Positions 27,024-37,385 of a DNA stretch of 44,783 nucleotides are shown here, piece by piece. The notes under the pieces are model-generated. The model had not been told where the DNA came from. It did not search any database and saw only the letters and a list, made by a program, of their open reading frames with translations. A program made the translations under genes and the position numbers. The first letter of the stretch is position 1. Each line of letters starts with the position of its first letter. The stretch is from positions 1-44,783 of the IMG/VR virus record IMGVR_UViG_3300024051_000088. One strand, given 5' to 3'. The stretch is from a virus. Lineage: Duplodnaviria; Caudoviricetes.

Positions 27024-27613
27024 TGGCTCTCGATCTCGCCCATCAGCCGATCCGCGCCATGGAGCCGTTGATCACGGAACGCCTCCGGCTTGCCTTCCCG
27101 GAGAAGGTCTTCGCGATCGAGCGCATTCCGCAGGTTCTGACCATCAAGGAATTCGAGCGCCTGTCGCGCCTCTCGCCCTTCATCGGTCTTGCCTGGACGG
27201 GCTTCAAGCCGGATGGCGCAAACAACCGCATCACGAAGGGCGTCATGCTCTGGCGCCTGGTTCTCGTTTTTAAAGCTTCGAGCGGTCTTGAAACACGCTT
27301 CAAAGGGGATCAGCGCGGCCTCGGCCTGGACGCGATGATCGACGTCGCCATCGTGCTCATGAACGGCTGGACCCTGCCGGGCATCGGGACCTCGCACGTC
27401 ACCCTTGCCAATTCCGTCATCGCCGATGGCCATTCGGACGACGCCATGGTGATCGCCCAGGTGGATTTCGAGATCCGCTTCGCCTCGACGATCGCGATCT
27501 ACAAGATTTTCACGCCGGAGGACTTCGTGTCGATCGGCGCCACCTGGGCCGTTCAGCCCGCCGTCGATGGCGCACCGGAGGTCTCCGATGAAATCCAGCT
27601 CCCGCAACCATAA
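27023..27613 (+). CDS. Mu gp37-like tail completion protein
   Basis: Position and size; TGATG coupling. Confidence 0.7.
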   Translation: MALDLAHQPIRAMEPLITERLRLAFPEKVFAIERIPQVLTIKEFERLSRLSPFIGLAWTGFKPDGANNRITKGVMLWRLVLVFKASSGLETRFKGDQRGLGLDAMIDVAIVLMNGWTLPGIGTSHVTLANSVIADGHSDDAMVIAQVDFEIRFASTIAIYKIFTPEDFVSIGATWAVQPAVDGAPEVSDEIQLPQP

Positions 27614-27623
27614 GAGGCCCGAA

Positions 27624-27815
27624 TTGGCGAAGGAACCGAAACCGCTTTTCCTCAAACCCGGCATCGGGTGCTTCGTTCTCCAGGAGGACGGCACGCCCTG
27701 GCCGGAAGACGGCATGGAGGCTCCGGACACGACGTTCGTGCGCCGCCGCATCGCGGACAAGGATCTTGTCCCGGCAACCCCCAAGACTGAGCCGAAGGAG
27801 GCCGACCAGAAATGA
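27624..27815 (+). CDS. DUF2635 (Mu gp38-like) protein
   Basis: TTG start with GAGG SD; FLKPG...FVRRRIADKDLV. Confidence 0.75.
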   Translation: MAKEPKPLFLKPGIGCFVLQEDGTPWPEDGMEAPDTTFVRRRIADKDLVPATPKTEPKEADQK

Positions 27816-29305
27816 CCATCACGTTTGACGAGATCGCCGGAGACTGGCTTGCCCCCGGCACCTTCCTTGAGGTCAAGGCGAACTATCGCAAGGTCGGCGT
27901 CCTGCCCTGGCCGGTGAAGAACCTCATCATTTCGCAGAAGCTTGGCACCGGCACACTCGCCGCTGGCCAGATCGCGGAAATCACCCGCCCGGAAGAGGCG
28001 ATTGCGCTCTTCGGCCTGGGCTCGATCGGCGCCGACATGGTCGCGGCCTTCCGCAAGGCCAACAAGACACAGCCGCTCTTCGTCATGGCGCTGGCCGATG
28101 CCGGCGGCGCGGTGAAGGCGACCGGCACCTTCACCTTCGCCGGCAACGTGCCGCAGCCCGTCGTGCTGCGCTTCCGTGTCGGTAGCCGTCAGGTCCGCAT
28201 CACGGCGCTGCCCGCCGACACGCCGACCCAGCTCGCGACCAAGCTTGTCGCTGCCATCACGGCCGACACGGCGAATGTCGTCACGGCCACCTCGGCCGCC
28301 GAAGTCGTCACCTGCACCGCGCGCAATGGCGGCGAGGTCGGCAACGATATCGACATTCGCGTTGACGTCGCCGCCCAGGTCATCCCGGCCGGTCTGACCA
28401 TCGCCGTCGTTGCCATGGCCAACGGCGCGGGCAACCCGCTCATCCAGGGCGCGCTCGATCTTCTGCCGGGCGCATGGTTCACCGACGTCTCCTTCCCCTG
28501 GAACGACGTCACGAACATGCAGGCCTTCGCAGCCTGGGCGATCGTGCGCTATCAGGCGATGACCCGCCTCGATGTCCACGGCTATGTTGCCAAGCGCGCC
28601 ACCTATGGACAGGCCGGCACGTTCGGCCAGCTCACAAACTGCCCGTTCCTGTCGCCCATGGCGTTGAAGGCCGTGCCGACGTCGGCCTGGAACATTGCGG
28701 CGACCGCCCACGGCATTGCCGCGTTCCATCTGACGAACGACCCGGCTCGCCAGCTCCGGTCGTTGGTCCTGCCCGGCGTTATGGCGCCGGATCCGGCGGA
28801 CCAGTATTCGCAGACCGAAGGCGAGCTGTTGCTTCGCTCCGGCGTCAGCCTGCTCGAATGCCTGCCGGACGGTACCGTCACGATCGGCCGCATGATCACC
28901 TCCTATCGCACCTCCGCCCTCGGCATCGCCGATCGCGCCTGGCTGGACATCATGGTTCCGAAGACCATGAGCCGCATCCGCTACGACTGGCGCAGCTACA
29001 TGTCGCTGCTCTATCCGCGCGCCAAGCTCGTCGAGGACGATAGCGATGCATCCTTCGCCTCGCGTCCGGAAGATGACGAGGATCTCGGCAGCGCCGTTGC
29101 CTCGCCGCGCCGCGTGCATGGCTCCTGGGCGGCACGCTGCCGCCTCTACAGCGAACGCGCCTGGCTGACCGACGTCGATCGCACGATCAAGGAAAGCGTC
29201 TTCGAGATCGACGCCGACGATCGCAACCGCCTCAACTCGCGCCAGCAGGTCATGATTGTGGGCAACCTCATGGTCTCGGCCGGCTCGCTCGAATTCCAGG
29301 TCTGA
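27812..29305 (+). CDS. Tail sheath protein (Mu gpL)
   Basis: DPARQLRSLVLPG; TIGRMITSY; 497 aa. Confidence 0.93.
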   Translation: MTITFDEIAGDWLAPGTFLEVKANYRKVGVLPWPVKNLIISQKLGTGTLAAGQIAEITRPEEAIALFGLGSIGADMVAAFRKANKTQPLFVMALADAGGAVKATGTFTFAGNVPQPVVLRFRVGSRQVRITALPADTPTQLATKLVAAITADTANVVTATSAAEVVTCTARNGGEVGNDIDIRVDVAAQVIPAGLTIAVVAMANGAGNPLIQGALDLLPGAWFTDVSFPWNDVTNMQAFAAWAIVRYQAMTRLDVHGYVAKRATYGQAGTFGQLTNCPFLSPMALKAVPTSAWNIAATAHGIAAFHLTNDPARQLRSLVLPGVMAPDPADQYSQTEGELLLRSGVSLLECLPDGTVTIGRMITSYRTSALGIADRAWLDIMVPKTMSRIRYDWRSYMSLLYPRAKLVEDDSDASFASRPEDDEDLGSAVASPRRVHGSWAARCRLYSERAWLTDVDRTIKESVFEIDADDRNRLNSRQQVMIVGNLMVSAGSLEFQV

Positions 29306-29340
29306 CCGGCGCGGCCGGCTAAACACGAGAGGAACTTCAC

Positions 29341-29703
29341 ATGGTCCAGGTGCTGGGCATCGTCGATATCATCTGGCGGGGGCGTAACCTCCCCGTCGAA
29401 AAGGGCGCCAAGTTTCGCAAGGGCGGCATGAAGAACAATCCTGTCACCTACGGCCGCAAGACCGGGCGGGCGCAGGAATTCCAGGGCTCGGAGGTGACGG
29501 CCACCACGAACCTCGAACGCGGCCAGCGCCTCGGCAATCTGCTCGATCCGGGCGAAGCCGAACTGCAGGTGGTCTGCGATACCGGACAGACCTTCGTCAT
29601 CGCCGATGCCTTCCTCGCCGACGATATTCCGGACATGACCGGTGGCGAGGGCGGCAAGATCGAACTGAAATGGGCCGGCTCGGCCGCTGAAGAGGTGCTT
29701 TGA
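29341..29703 (+). CDS. Tail tube protein (Mu gpM)
   Basis: Follows sheath; CDTGQTFVI...GGKIELKW. Confidence 0.85.
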   Translation: MVQVLGIVDIIWRGRNLPVEKGAKFRKGGMKNNPVTYGRKTGRAQEFQGSEVTATTNLERGQRLGNLLDPGEAELQVVCDTGQTFVIADAFLADDIPDMTGGEGGKIELKWAGSAAEEVL

Positions 29704-30179
29704 TGGGAACGGCTATCACCAACGTCAACATCGACCTCGACGAAGACAAGCCGGACGTCGTGGAAGAAGGCGTCGTCATCGATGAGACCTCGGCCGTCGC
29801 ACTCGGCCAGGGCGACGTCATCGACGAGGACGCCGATGGTTCTGATCGCCTGCCGGATCAGGCCACCCCAAATGCCGATGGCACCGTGACGCTGAAGTTG
29901 CTCTATCCGCGCACGCTGATCACGAAGAAGGACGGCAAGACGCGCGAGCGTCAGTTCGATTCGCTTCACTTCCACCGCCTCAATGGTGCTGACCAGCGCG
30001 CAATCGCGGCGGCACGCGAGGACATGATGAGTGTCGTCGCCATCGCCCAGTCCACCAAGCTTAGCCTCGCCGTCATGAACGTGCTTTTCGACAAGATGGA
30101 CGCCGCCGACATTCAGAACGCCGGCCAGGTGCTCAACCATTTTTTGTCGAGTGGCCGGAAGGCTGGCAAGCGAAGCTAG
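29703..30179 (+). CDS. Tail assembly chaperone
   Basis: RLNGADQRAI...KMDAADI; between tube and tape measure. Confidence 0.8.
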   Translation: MGTAITNVNIDLDEDKPDVVEEGVVIDETSAVALGQGDVIDEDADGSDRLPDQATPNADGTVTLKLLYPRTLITKKDGKTRERQFDSLHFHRLNGADQRAIAAAREDMMSVVAIAQSTKLSLAVMNVLFDKMDAADIQNAGQVLNHFLSSGRKAGKRS

Positions 30180-30310
30180 GCGCTCTTGCTGACGGAACAG
30201 GTTTCAGCGCGGCCGAACTCGAAAGTTTCGATCTCGGCCGCCTGACGTTCTGGTGGAACTGCCTGATGGCGTGGCGCGAAGAAGAAAAGTCCCTGACACA
30301 AGGATCCTGA
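30140..30310 (+). CDS. -1 frameshift extension of the tail chaperone (gpE'/GT-like)
   Basis: Slippery TTTTTTG at 30140-30146; the -1 frame is open (FVEWPEGWQAKLGALADGTGFSAAELESFDLGRLTFWWNCL...) to TGA at 30310. Confidence 0.75.
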   Translation, partial: FFVEWPEGWQAKLGALADGTGFSAAELESFDLGRLTFWWNCLMAWREEEKSLTQGS

Positions 30311-30311
30311 C

Positions 30312-32759
30312 ATGGCCCGCTCGATGAACCTCGACGTTCTCGTCCGCCTCAAAGACCTCCTGTCGGGACCGCTGCGCAAGCTGACCGGTGGCCTGAAAAA
30401 CCTCACCTCCTTTGCGACGAAGATCGGCGTGCTCGGCACTGCCATCGCCGCCATCTCCTTCATGGGACCGATCCGCGAGGCTGCGGCCTTCGAGCAGAAG
30501 CTGATCGACGTGGCCGCGACGGCGAACCTGTCGGGCAAAGCCGCCTTCAGTTTCGTGGCCGAGGCACGCGCCGAGTACGAGCAGCTCGGCCTTATCGTCG
30601 GCCAGTACTCCGACACGATCGCGGCCGGCGCTGGCGAGATGATCGCCGCCGGCCTCGGCCGTGACCTCATCGACCAGTCCATTGACGATATCGGCCGCGC
30701 CGCGACGGCAGCGAATGCCGAGTTCTCCGACATGTCGAAGGTCGCGACCTCCATGCTTCAGACATTGAAGCTGCCGGCCGACCAGCTCAACGATGCACTC
30801 GGCGCTCTCGTCGTCTCCGGCAAGGAAGGTGCCTTCGAACTGAAGGACATGGCGCGCTACTTCCCGACGCTGACCAGTCAGATGGCGAAGTACGGCGTGA
30901 CCGGCCGCGAGGCGGTCAATTTCCTCGGCGCCGCGCTTCAGATCGCGCGCAAAGGCACCGCTGATCCGGCCGAGGCCGCAAACAATTTGAAGAACTTCCT
31001 GTCGAAGATCGCCGCACCCGCCACCATCAAGAACTTCAAGGATGCAGGCGTCGATATCCAGGCGGTCATGCAGGACGCCGCCACGAAGGGCATCAACCCG
31101 ATCGAAGCCGTCATGCAGAAGATCGTCAAGCTGACCGGCGTATCCGGCGGCGAGATCGACAAGCTGATGAAGAAGGCCACGAAGAACGGCCTGGAAGGGG
31201 CCGAGGCGCTCTCCTTTGTGCGTGAGCAGCTCGAAGCCATCCATGGTGCCGGCGCCCTCGGCGAGATCTTCGCCGATCAGCAGGTCATGGACTTCCTCAT
31301 TCCCTTCCTCACGAACGTCGATGAGTTCAAGCGCATCAAGGACGAGGTGGCCAAGGCCTCCGGCGCCGTCATCGACGAGGACTTCGAAACGCAGATGGCC
31401 GGCCTCAATCGCCAGCTCATCACCTTCCAGGAGATCGGCACTCAGGCTGCGCGCGAAGTCGGTTTCGGCTTCGGCACCTGGTTGCCGGTCATCAACGGCT
31501 ATCTGATGGATGGCCTGCGCTGGTATCGGGAATGGAACAAGGAAAGCGGTGGCCTCGGCACGAAGATCATCGGCATGGCAGGCGGCGGGATCATGCTCGC
31601 TGCCGCGTTTGGTGCGCTCGGCATTGTTCTTCCGATCATTGCGGCCGGCTTCGCCGCCATCGGCGCGCTGATCTCCCCAGTGGGGCTGGCGATCGCCGCG
31701 ATCGCCGCTGCCGGCATGCACGTCTACAAGAACTGGAACACCTACGGCCCGCGTGTCATGCGCATATGGGATCGGGCAAAGCGAGGCTTCCGGGATCTCG
31801 CCGACGATGTGCGCGATCGCGGCCGGCGCATCGTCCAGGCCGGCCGGGAGACATGGGACCGCTACGGCCCGATGGTCCGGCGTGGTCTCGCCAGCGCCTG
31901 GGCGGACGCGAAGGTGGGCTGGGGCAAGTTCAAGACGCTGTTCGACGGGATCCGAGAGGGCCTTGGCAGCTCGGCCGACTTCTCCTGGCTGACGATCGAC
32001 AGTGCGAAGCTCGCCGGATGGGAGATGCTAGACAGCGCAATCACCAAGGTCAAAACCGCTTGGGAGGCGTTGAAGGCCTTTGGAACTGGCTTCGCACCGC
32101 ATTTGAAGGAGATCGGCAGCGGCCTTGGTAAGACGATCGGTGCCATCATGCGGATCGGAAGTGCCTTCGCTCGCCTCGGGCGCGCCCTTGCTGGAATGGT
32201 CGGGTTCGATTCGGAAAAGTTCTTCGGCTTCTTCACAACGCTCGGCGATATCGCGGGCAAGGGCATCTCAGATGTTGTGGAGAGGATCGGCAAGCTGGCG
32301 GGCTTCCTCGCAGACGTTGCAGAAAGCATCGCGGACATAGCCGAAGGTAAGATTGATTGGTCGGCGCTTCTCCCTGACAGCGTGGTTGAGGCCTGGAACG
32401 CCGTGGCCGGTGCGATCAACGCGGTGGCCACCGCCATGGACAAGCTGAAATTCTCGGCACAGCCCGGCGACATGTTGCCTAATGGTGGCACGGCAGGTTC
32501 CAGCGAAGATGGCAGCGACCGCGAAAAGGCGCTGGACGACTACTTGAACGGCATGCCGAAACTGCCGTTCAAGAAGGCCGCGAACATGAACGACCCGACG
32601 TCGCGGTTCGCGCAGGCGGTTCCGCGCCAGACTGTCGAGGTCGGCGGGTCGATTCGGATAGCCGTCGAAGGACCGGGCAAGGTGGCGGGCGTGCAGTCGG
32701 ACAACAAGGACGTGAAGATGACCACGTCCAACACCGGCCGCGCAGTCGGGAGGGTCTAA
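30312..32759 (+). CDS. Tail tape measure protein
   Basis: 815 aa, Ala/Gly-rich helical protein; GAFELKDMARYFP; periodic Trp. Confidence 0.92.
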   Translation: MARSMNLDVLVRLKDLLSGPLRKLTGGLKNLTSFATKIGVLGTAIAAISFMGPIREAAAFEQKLIDVAATANLSGKAAFSFVAEARAEYEQLGLIVGQYSDTIAAGAGEMIAAGLGRDLIDQSIDDIGRAATAANAEFSDMSKVATSMLQTLKLPADQLNDALGALVVSGKEGAFELKDMARYFPTLTSQMAKYGVTGREAVNFLGAALQIARKGTADPAEAANNLKNFLSKIAAPATIKNFKDAGVDIQAVMQDAATKGINPIEAVMQKIVKLTGVSGGEIDKLMKKATKNGLEGAEALSFVREQLEAIHGAGALGEIFADQQVMDFLIPFLTNVDEFKRIKDEVAKASGAVIDEDFETQMAGLNRQLITFQEIGTQAAREVGFGFGTWLPVINGYLMDGLRWYREWNKESGGLGTKIIGMAGGGIMLAAAFGALGIVLPIIAAGFAAIGALISPVGLAIAAIAAAGMHVYKNWNTYGPRVMRIWDRAKRGFRDLADDVRDRGRRIVQAGRETWDRYGPMVRRGLASAWADAKVGWGKFKTLFDGIREGLGSSADFSWLTIDSAKLAGWEMLDSAITKVKTAWEALKAFGTGFAPHLKEIGSGLGKTIGAIMRIGSAFARLGRALAGMVGFDSEKFFGFFTTLGDIAGKGISDVVERIGKLAGFLADVAESIADIAEGKIDWSALLPDSVVEAWNAVAGAINAVATAMDKLKFSAQPGDMLPNGGTAGSSEDGSDREKALDDYLNGMPKLPFKKAANMNDPTSRFAQAVPRQTVEVGGSIRIAVEGPGKVAGVQSDNKDVKMTTSNTGRAVGRV

Positions 32760-32762
32760 GAG

Positions 32763-34016
32763 ATGTTCGGCGGCGACGGCGGTCTTCTTCCTGGTCTTCT
32801 TCCCGGCTTCTGGCGCGGCATCCGGTTTCACGTTCCGGATGCTTCGACCGCAGCCGGCCGGCGCATCACAGAGCAGCTCTTCCCCGGCGTAGATCTGCCC
32901 GCTTATGACGACTTCGGCGTGGCGCCGGCCGTCATCTCGATCGACGGCCTGATTGTCGGCGACGACTATATCGCCCAGGCGGTCGCACTCCAGGCAGCAA
33001 TGGAAGCGCCGGGGCTTTCGACCCTGGTGCATCCGTGGCTCGGACCCATGACGGTCATGCTGGAAGAGCCGGGGCAGATCTACTTCTCCGATCGCGAGCT
33101 GCGCGTCACGCGGTTTTCCCTCCAGTTCAAGCGCATGCCGATCGGCGGGCTCTCCCGGCTCGGCAGCATCGGAAGCAGCCTGTCTGCCCTCACGGCGGCG
33201 CTCACTGTTGCGTCGCTCGCAATCGGCGCCATGACGGCAGGACATGAGAAGAGGGCGATATCGGCGGCCCGCCAGCTTTCCGTCACCCGTTCCCATCGTG
33301 TGTTCCGCACGGCTATCTCCGCCCTGGCGGCTCCATGGGAGGCCCGCCGCACGTTGCCCCGGCTGAAGGCGTCCGTCCCCGATGATGCACCGACCGGAGC
33401 GACCGCCTTTGACGGCATGGTGTCCTCGACCGTGGCCATCCTTTCCGCTGCCGATCTCACCCCAGCAGTCTCGCCCGCTGCGGGCGCCACTACCGAGATC
33501 GCGCCATCGCCGCTTGCCCTCATGACCATGGCGTTCGATCTTGGGGCCGCCCTGGCGGCGGCGATGAAGACCGCGCCGTCGTCTCTCGACGGTCTGCTCC
33601 TTGCCATCGCTGCCGGCCGTGCGCTGGTGGCCGGATCGTCACAGTCGCTCTACGCATTCTATGAGAGCCGGCGTGAGGCGCTGGCCTATCGGCTTCGCGC
33701 CAACGCCGCGATCGACGCGGCCATGATCGCGCTTGAAGGCTTCACCAGCTCCATCTATGCCGGCGAGGCCAGCGACACGCGCCGGGCGCTCGGCGACGTC
33801 CAGAACGCCATAGCCGTGGATATCAATGAGCGCATCGGCCGGCTTCCGGACGTGATGATCCTTCAGCCGGACACGCCGGTCGAGGCGTGGCAGCTCGCCC
33901 ATCATTTGTTCGGGGACCAGCCTGACCGGGTCGAGGCGGCGTATCGGGACATCGTGCGGCGCAACAGACCACGCCACCCGGCCTACATGGAAGGCGCAAT
34001 CGAGGTTCTGAAGTGA
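32763..34016 (+). CDS. DNA circularization protein (Mu gpN)
   Basis: WRGIRF...GRRITEQLFPG...LVHPWLG...IVRRNRPRHP. Confidence 0.88.
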   Translation: MFGGDGGLLPGLLPGFWRGIRFHVPDASTAAGRRITEQLFPGVDLPAYDDFGVAPAVISIDGLIVGDDYIAQAVALQAAMEAPGLSTLVHPWLGPMTVMLEEPGQIYFSDRELRVTRFSLQFKRMPIGGLSRLGSIGSSLSALTAALTVASLAIGAMTAGHEKRAISAARQLSVTRSHRVFRTAISALAAPWEARRTLPRLKASVPDDAPTGATAFDGMVSSTVAILSAADLTPAVSPAAGATTEIAPSPLALMTMAFDLGAALAAAMKTAPSSLDGLLLAIAAGRALVAGSSQSLYAFYESRREALAYRLRANAAIDAAMIALEGFTSSIYAGEASDTRRALGDVQNAIAVDINERIGRLPDVMILQPDTPVEAWQLAHHLFGDQPDRVEAAYRDIVRRNRPRHPAYMEGAIEVLK

Positions 34017-35212
34017 CCCGATTCAAGATCATGATCGATGGTCAGGCGTTTACCGCCTGGACGTCTGCCGAAGTGAGCCGCGACATGGAAGACCTGTCGG
34101 GCTCATTCTCGATCGAGCTGCGCGAGGCGCGCACGCCGCGAGCGCTTCCCAGTTCGACCTTCGCCACCGCCAGAGCCGTAAAGCCGGGCATGCCGGTGAC
34201 GATCGCGGTCGGTAACGAGCCTGTCCTGATCGGCTACATCGACAATGTCAGCCTGTCGATCGCCGAACGACAGGCCAGCGTGCGCATCACCGGCCGCGAC
34301 AAGACCGGCGACCTCGTCGATAGCGATGCAATCGGCGATTCGAAGATCGCCGAGTTCAAGAACGTGAAGCTTGAAGAGGCTGTGAAACGCATTTCAAAGC
34401 CGTTCGGCCTTTCCGTCCGCAGCGAGATCGACACCGGCGAGCCGTTCCAGCGCTACTCGATCGACCTTGCCGAGACGGCGCATTCCGCGATCGAGAAAGG
34501 CGCCCGCTCCCGCCATGCCCTGATCCTGTCGGACGGAGTCGGCGGCATCATCCTCACCCGCACTGGCGCGAAACGCGCACCGGCCGGCATTACGTTGCCC
34601 GGCAATGCCCTTTCGGCTGAAGGTTCCTTCGATCATTCCGGCCGGCACTCGAAAACGATCGTGCGCGGCCAGTCCGAGCGCGCCTCGAAGGAACGCAGCC
34701 CCGCCGCCCTGGACGTCTCGGCCGAGCCGATCGCCGTCGAGGATCGCACTGCATCGGATGGCTCGGCGACCGATCGGGAGCGGAAGGGAACCGTCGCAAC
34801 CGGCATTGCCGAAGACGGTGAGATCAAGCGCTACCGGCCGATTGCGTACCTCACCCGCTCGAAGGCCGATCAGATGAGCGCCCAGGACGAAGCAGACTGG
34901 CGGATGCGCACGGCGCGAGCCAAGGGCGAACAGCTCACCTATACCGTCCACGGCTTCGACGTCGGCGGCAAGCTCTGGCGCGTCAACGAGCTGACGTTGG
35001 TCGATGATGCCTTCATGGACATCAATCGCGACATGCTCATTTCCAAGGCCACGATGCGCGAGGACGATGGAGGTGAGATCACGACACTGACCGTGACGTC
35101 GCCGGAAGCCTTCGACAAGGGCGCGACCGGATCGCGCCGCAAGAACGCGCCGTCTCGATCGGCATCGAGCAGCTCGGGCAAGACCCTCGACACAACAGCG
35201 GAGACCCTTTGA
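34013..35212 (+). CDS. Baseplate hub (Mu gpP)
   Basis: GYID...ITGRDKTGDLVD. Confidence 0.88.
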   Translation: MTRFKIMIDGQAFTAWTSAEVSRDMEDLSGSFSIELREARTPRALPSSTFATARAVKPGMPVTIAVGNEPVLIGYIDNVSLSIAERQASVRITGRDKTGDLVDSDAIGDSKIAEFKNVKLEEAVKRISKPFGLSVRSEIDTGEPFQRYSIDLAETAHSAIEKGARSRHALILSDGVGGIILTRTGAKRAPAGITLPGNALSAEGSFDHSGRHSKTIVRGQSERASKERSPAALDVSAEPIAVEDRTASDGSATDRERKGTVATGIAEDGEIKRYRPIAYLTRSKADQMSAQDEADWRMRTARAKGEQLTYTVHGFDVGGKLWRVNELTLVDDAFMDINRDMLISKATMREDDGGEITTLTVTSPEAFDKGATGSRRKNAPSRSASSSSGKTLDTTAETL

Positions 35213-35722
35213 ATGGACAAAGAAACCGCCGATATCATGCGCGGCATTGCACGGCGTGTCACATTGAAGAACATCAACGACGACGGCGAGATGCAGACAG
35301 CCTCCGTCGAAGTCGGCGACGGGATCTTCCGCGACAATGTCGAAGTCCTTCAGCCGTTCGGGTCCATCACCCACTCCGACGACGATGGTGCGCTCGGTAT
35401 CGTGCTCGCCCTCGGTGGCGACCAGGGCGACCTCGTCATCCTACCGATCGGCAATCCGTCGAAGCGGACGGGCAAGACGCCGAAAGGGACGGTCGGGAAT
35501 GCGAACGCGAACGGCGACCAGGTTGTCATCTACCCCGACGGCCGCGTGGTAATCAAAGGTGCGACGTCTATCACAGCAGGCGTTGGCGCCTGCACGCTAA
35601 CCATTACGGACGGGGAATTCGCATTCGTCGGCGGCGTCATCACTCACGACGGTGTTGTCATCGACAAGACCCATGGCCATGTGTCGGCACCGGACGGCCC
35701 ACCCGGTCCACCAGTGTCATAA
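35213..35722 (+). CDS. Baseplate spike (Mu gp45)
   Basis: VEVLQPFG; C-terminal HxH (THGH). Confidence 0.85.
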   Translation: MDKETADIMRGIARRVTLKNINDDGEMQTASVEVGDGIFRDNVEVLQPFGSITHSDDDGALGIVLALGGDQGDLVILPIGNPSKRTGKTPKGTVGNANANGDQVVIYPDGRVVIKGATSITAGVGACTLTITDGEFAFVGGVITHDGVVIDKTHGHVSAPDGPPGPPVS

Positions 35723-35730
35723 AACGACTG

Positions 35731-35778
35731 CCGCCCGCCAAGGCGGGCATGAACTGACCTTCGCGCGCGCGATAGCTT
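35731..35778 (+). promoter_or_regulatory. Late promoter 3 (baseplate/fibre operon)
   Basis: CCGCCCGCCAAGGCGGGCATGAAC-N18-TAGCTT, 7 nt before ATG 35786. Confidence 0.75.
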
Positions 35779-35785
35779 CGCGCCC

Positions 35786-36247
35786 ATGTTTTTCGATCTT
35801 GCCCTCGTCTTCGACCCCGAGACGCGCCTTTGCGATCTGGCGCTCGATGACGACTGCGATCTTCTCATCGACGAAACATCCATCACGCCGATGCTCATGA
35901 CGGTCGGCCTCGACCGCCGCGCTGCACCTGACGATGAACTTCCCGAAGGGCGTTCCCGCTTCCTCGCCCCTGTCAGCTATTCCGAGCGTCGAGGATGCCC
36001 CGGCGATGCGCTCGATCCTCTCGGTGATTTGACCGGTGTGCGTACCTGGCTGCTTGACCGCGCCAAGGAAACCGAAACGACGCGGCAGCTTTACCAGTTC
36101 TGGCTTGAAGAAGGTTTTGCCTGGACGCAGCGCGAACTTGCCTCCGCCGCCTTCATCGAAACCGAATGGCAGGAGGGCGCGCGGCTCGCCTACCGATGCC
36201 AGATCGATGACGCGAGCCTGACGCTCTCTCGTAGACTGGATCTCTGA
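35786..36247 (+). CDS. Mu gp46 baseplate protein
   Basis: DRRAAPDDELP...RRG..GD...G.RTWLLDRAK. Confidence 0.88.
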   Translation: MFFDLALVFDPETRLCDLALDDDCDLLIDETSITPMLMTVGLDRRAAPDDELPEGRSRFLAPVSYSERRGCPGDALDPLGDLTGVRTWLLDRAKETETTRQLYQFWLEEGFAWTQRELASAAFIETEWQEGARLAYRCQIDDASLTLSRRLDL

Positions 36248-37383
36248 TGCCGTGGATCGTGCCTCGCGCCAAGCAGCTTGCCGAGCGGTTCGCCTCCGCC
36301 GTGGAGACCGGCATTCTCACCATTCGTCCGTCGCTGGATCCGGTGAAGCTTTCGCGGGCAGTGCGTTCGACGGGTGGCGTGTTCGCCCAGCTCGGCCGCG
36401 CCGTCGTTCTGGTCGTTTCCGACGTTCACGAGCATGTCGCCTATTGGGCGCGCCAGTACTTCCCCGATACGGCCGAAGAGGAAATGGTGCTGCGGCATGC
36501 CGGCATATGGGGCGTTGCACAGCGTGATCCGGTCGCAGCAGTCGGAACCATCCTGATTGAAGGCAATCCCGGTTTTACCGTTCCGATGCTCACCGAGTTT
36601 TCGTCCTCGGCCGCGATCATCTATGAGACGCGCGAGGCCGCTGTTATCGGCCCTGGCGGCAGCATAACGGTTCCGGCTGTCGCGGCGGACACAGGCACAG
36701 CCGGCAATCTTGAAGCCGGCATCCGCCTCTCCACAGTTCTCGCAGTTCCAGAAATTGCCCGCGCAACCGTCGCCAGCGCCTTCGTCGGCGGTGTAGGTGA
36801 GTGGACGATGGAGGAGCTGGCGGCGGCGGTCCTGGCGCATATCCGCCAGCGCCCACACGGCGGCGCCGCCTTCGACTATCCGACCTGGTTGCGCGAGGAA
36901 TTCGCCGTCGCGGCCGTCAATGTCGTCGAGGACTGGATAGGGCGCGGATCGGTCGGCCTTGTCGTCATCATGCGCAATGACGACGGAACCCCTCGCGTAC
37001 CGTCTGCCGGCGAACTTGAAGACATGCTTGACCTACTCGGTGCGCCGGGAAGCCAGATAGGCGTTCGCCCTGTCACGGCCCGCACCATCGTCGTGGCCGG
37101 TGCATTGGAGACCCTTCCCTTGACGGTGCGCCTTCGTCCAGACACGCCGCGCACGCGCGCTGCCGTCAAGGAGGCATGGACACGTTTCGTCGCCACCCTT
37201 GGCGATGAAGACGATACACAGAACGCGGGGCCGATCGGCGCACGTATCGAGCCATCCCGCATCAGTGAAGCCATCTCCTCCGCCTCCGGCGAGTATGCCC
37301 ATGATCTGATCGTTCCCGCCGCACCTTACACGCTTGACCGGACCGAGTTTCCGGTCGCAGGCGACCCGACCTGGGCGGCGTGA
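36247..37383 (+). CDS. Baseplate J/gp47 protein
   Basis: YFPDTAE...GTAGNL...PHGGAAFDY. Confidence 0.9.
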   Translation: MPWIVPRAKQLAERFASAVETGILTIRPSLDPVKLSRAVRSTGGVFAQLGRAVVLVVSDVHEHVAYWARQYFPDTAEEEMVLRHAGIWGVAQRDPVAAVGTILIEGNPGFTVPMLTEFSSSAAIIYETREAAVIGPGGSITVPAVAADTGTAGNLEAGIRLSTVLAVPEIARATVASAFVGGVGEWTMEELAAAVLAHIRQRPHGGAAFDYPTWLREEFAVAAVNVVEDWIGRGSVGLVVIMRNDDGTPRVPSAGELEDMLDLLGAPGSQIGVRPVTARTIVVAGALETLPLTVRLRPDTPRTRAAVKEAWTRFVATLGDEDDTQNAGPIGARIEPSRISEAISSASGEYAHDLIVPAAPYTLDRTEFPVAGDPTWAA

Positions 37384-37385
37384 CG

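Noticed and set aside
26750-29326. 858-aa minus-strand ORF (and similar ones at 19644-20327, 30204-31721, 34394-35374)
   Set aside because: Antisense shadows of well-supported structural genes in GC-rich DNA; no motifs
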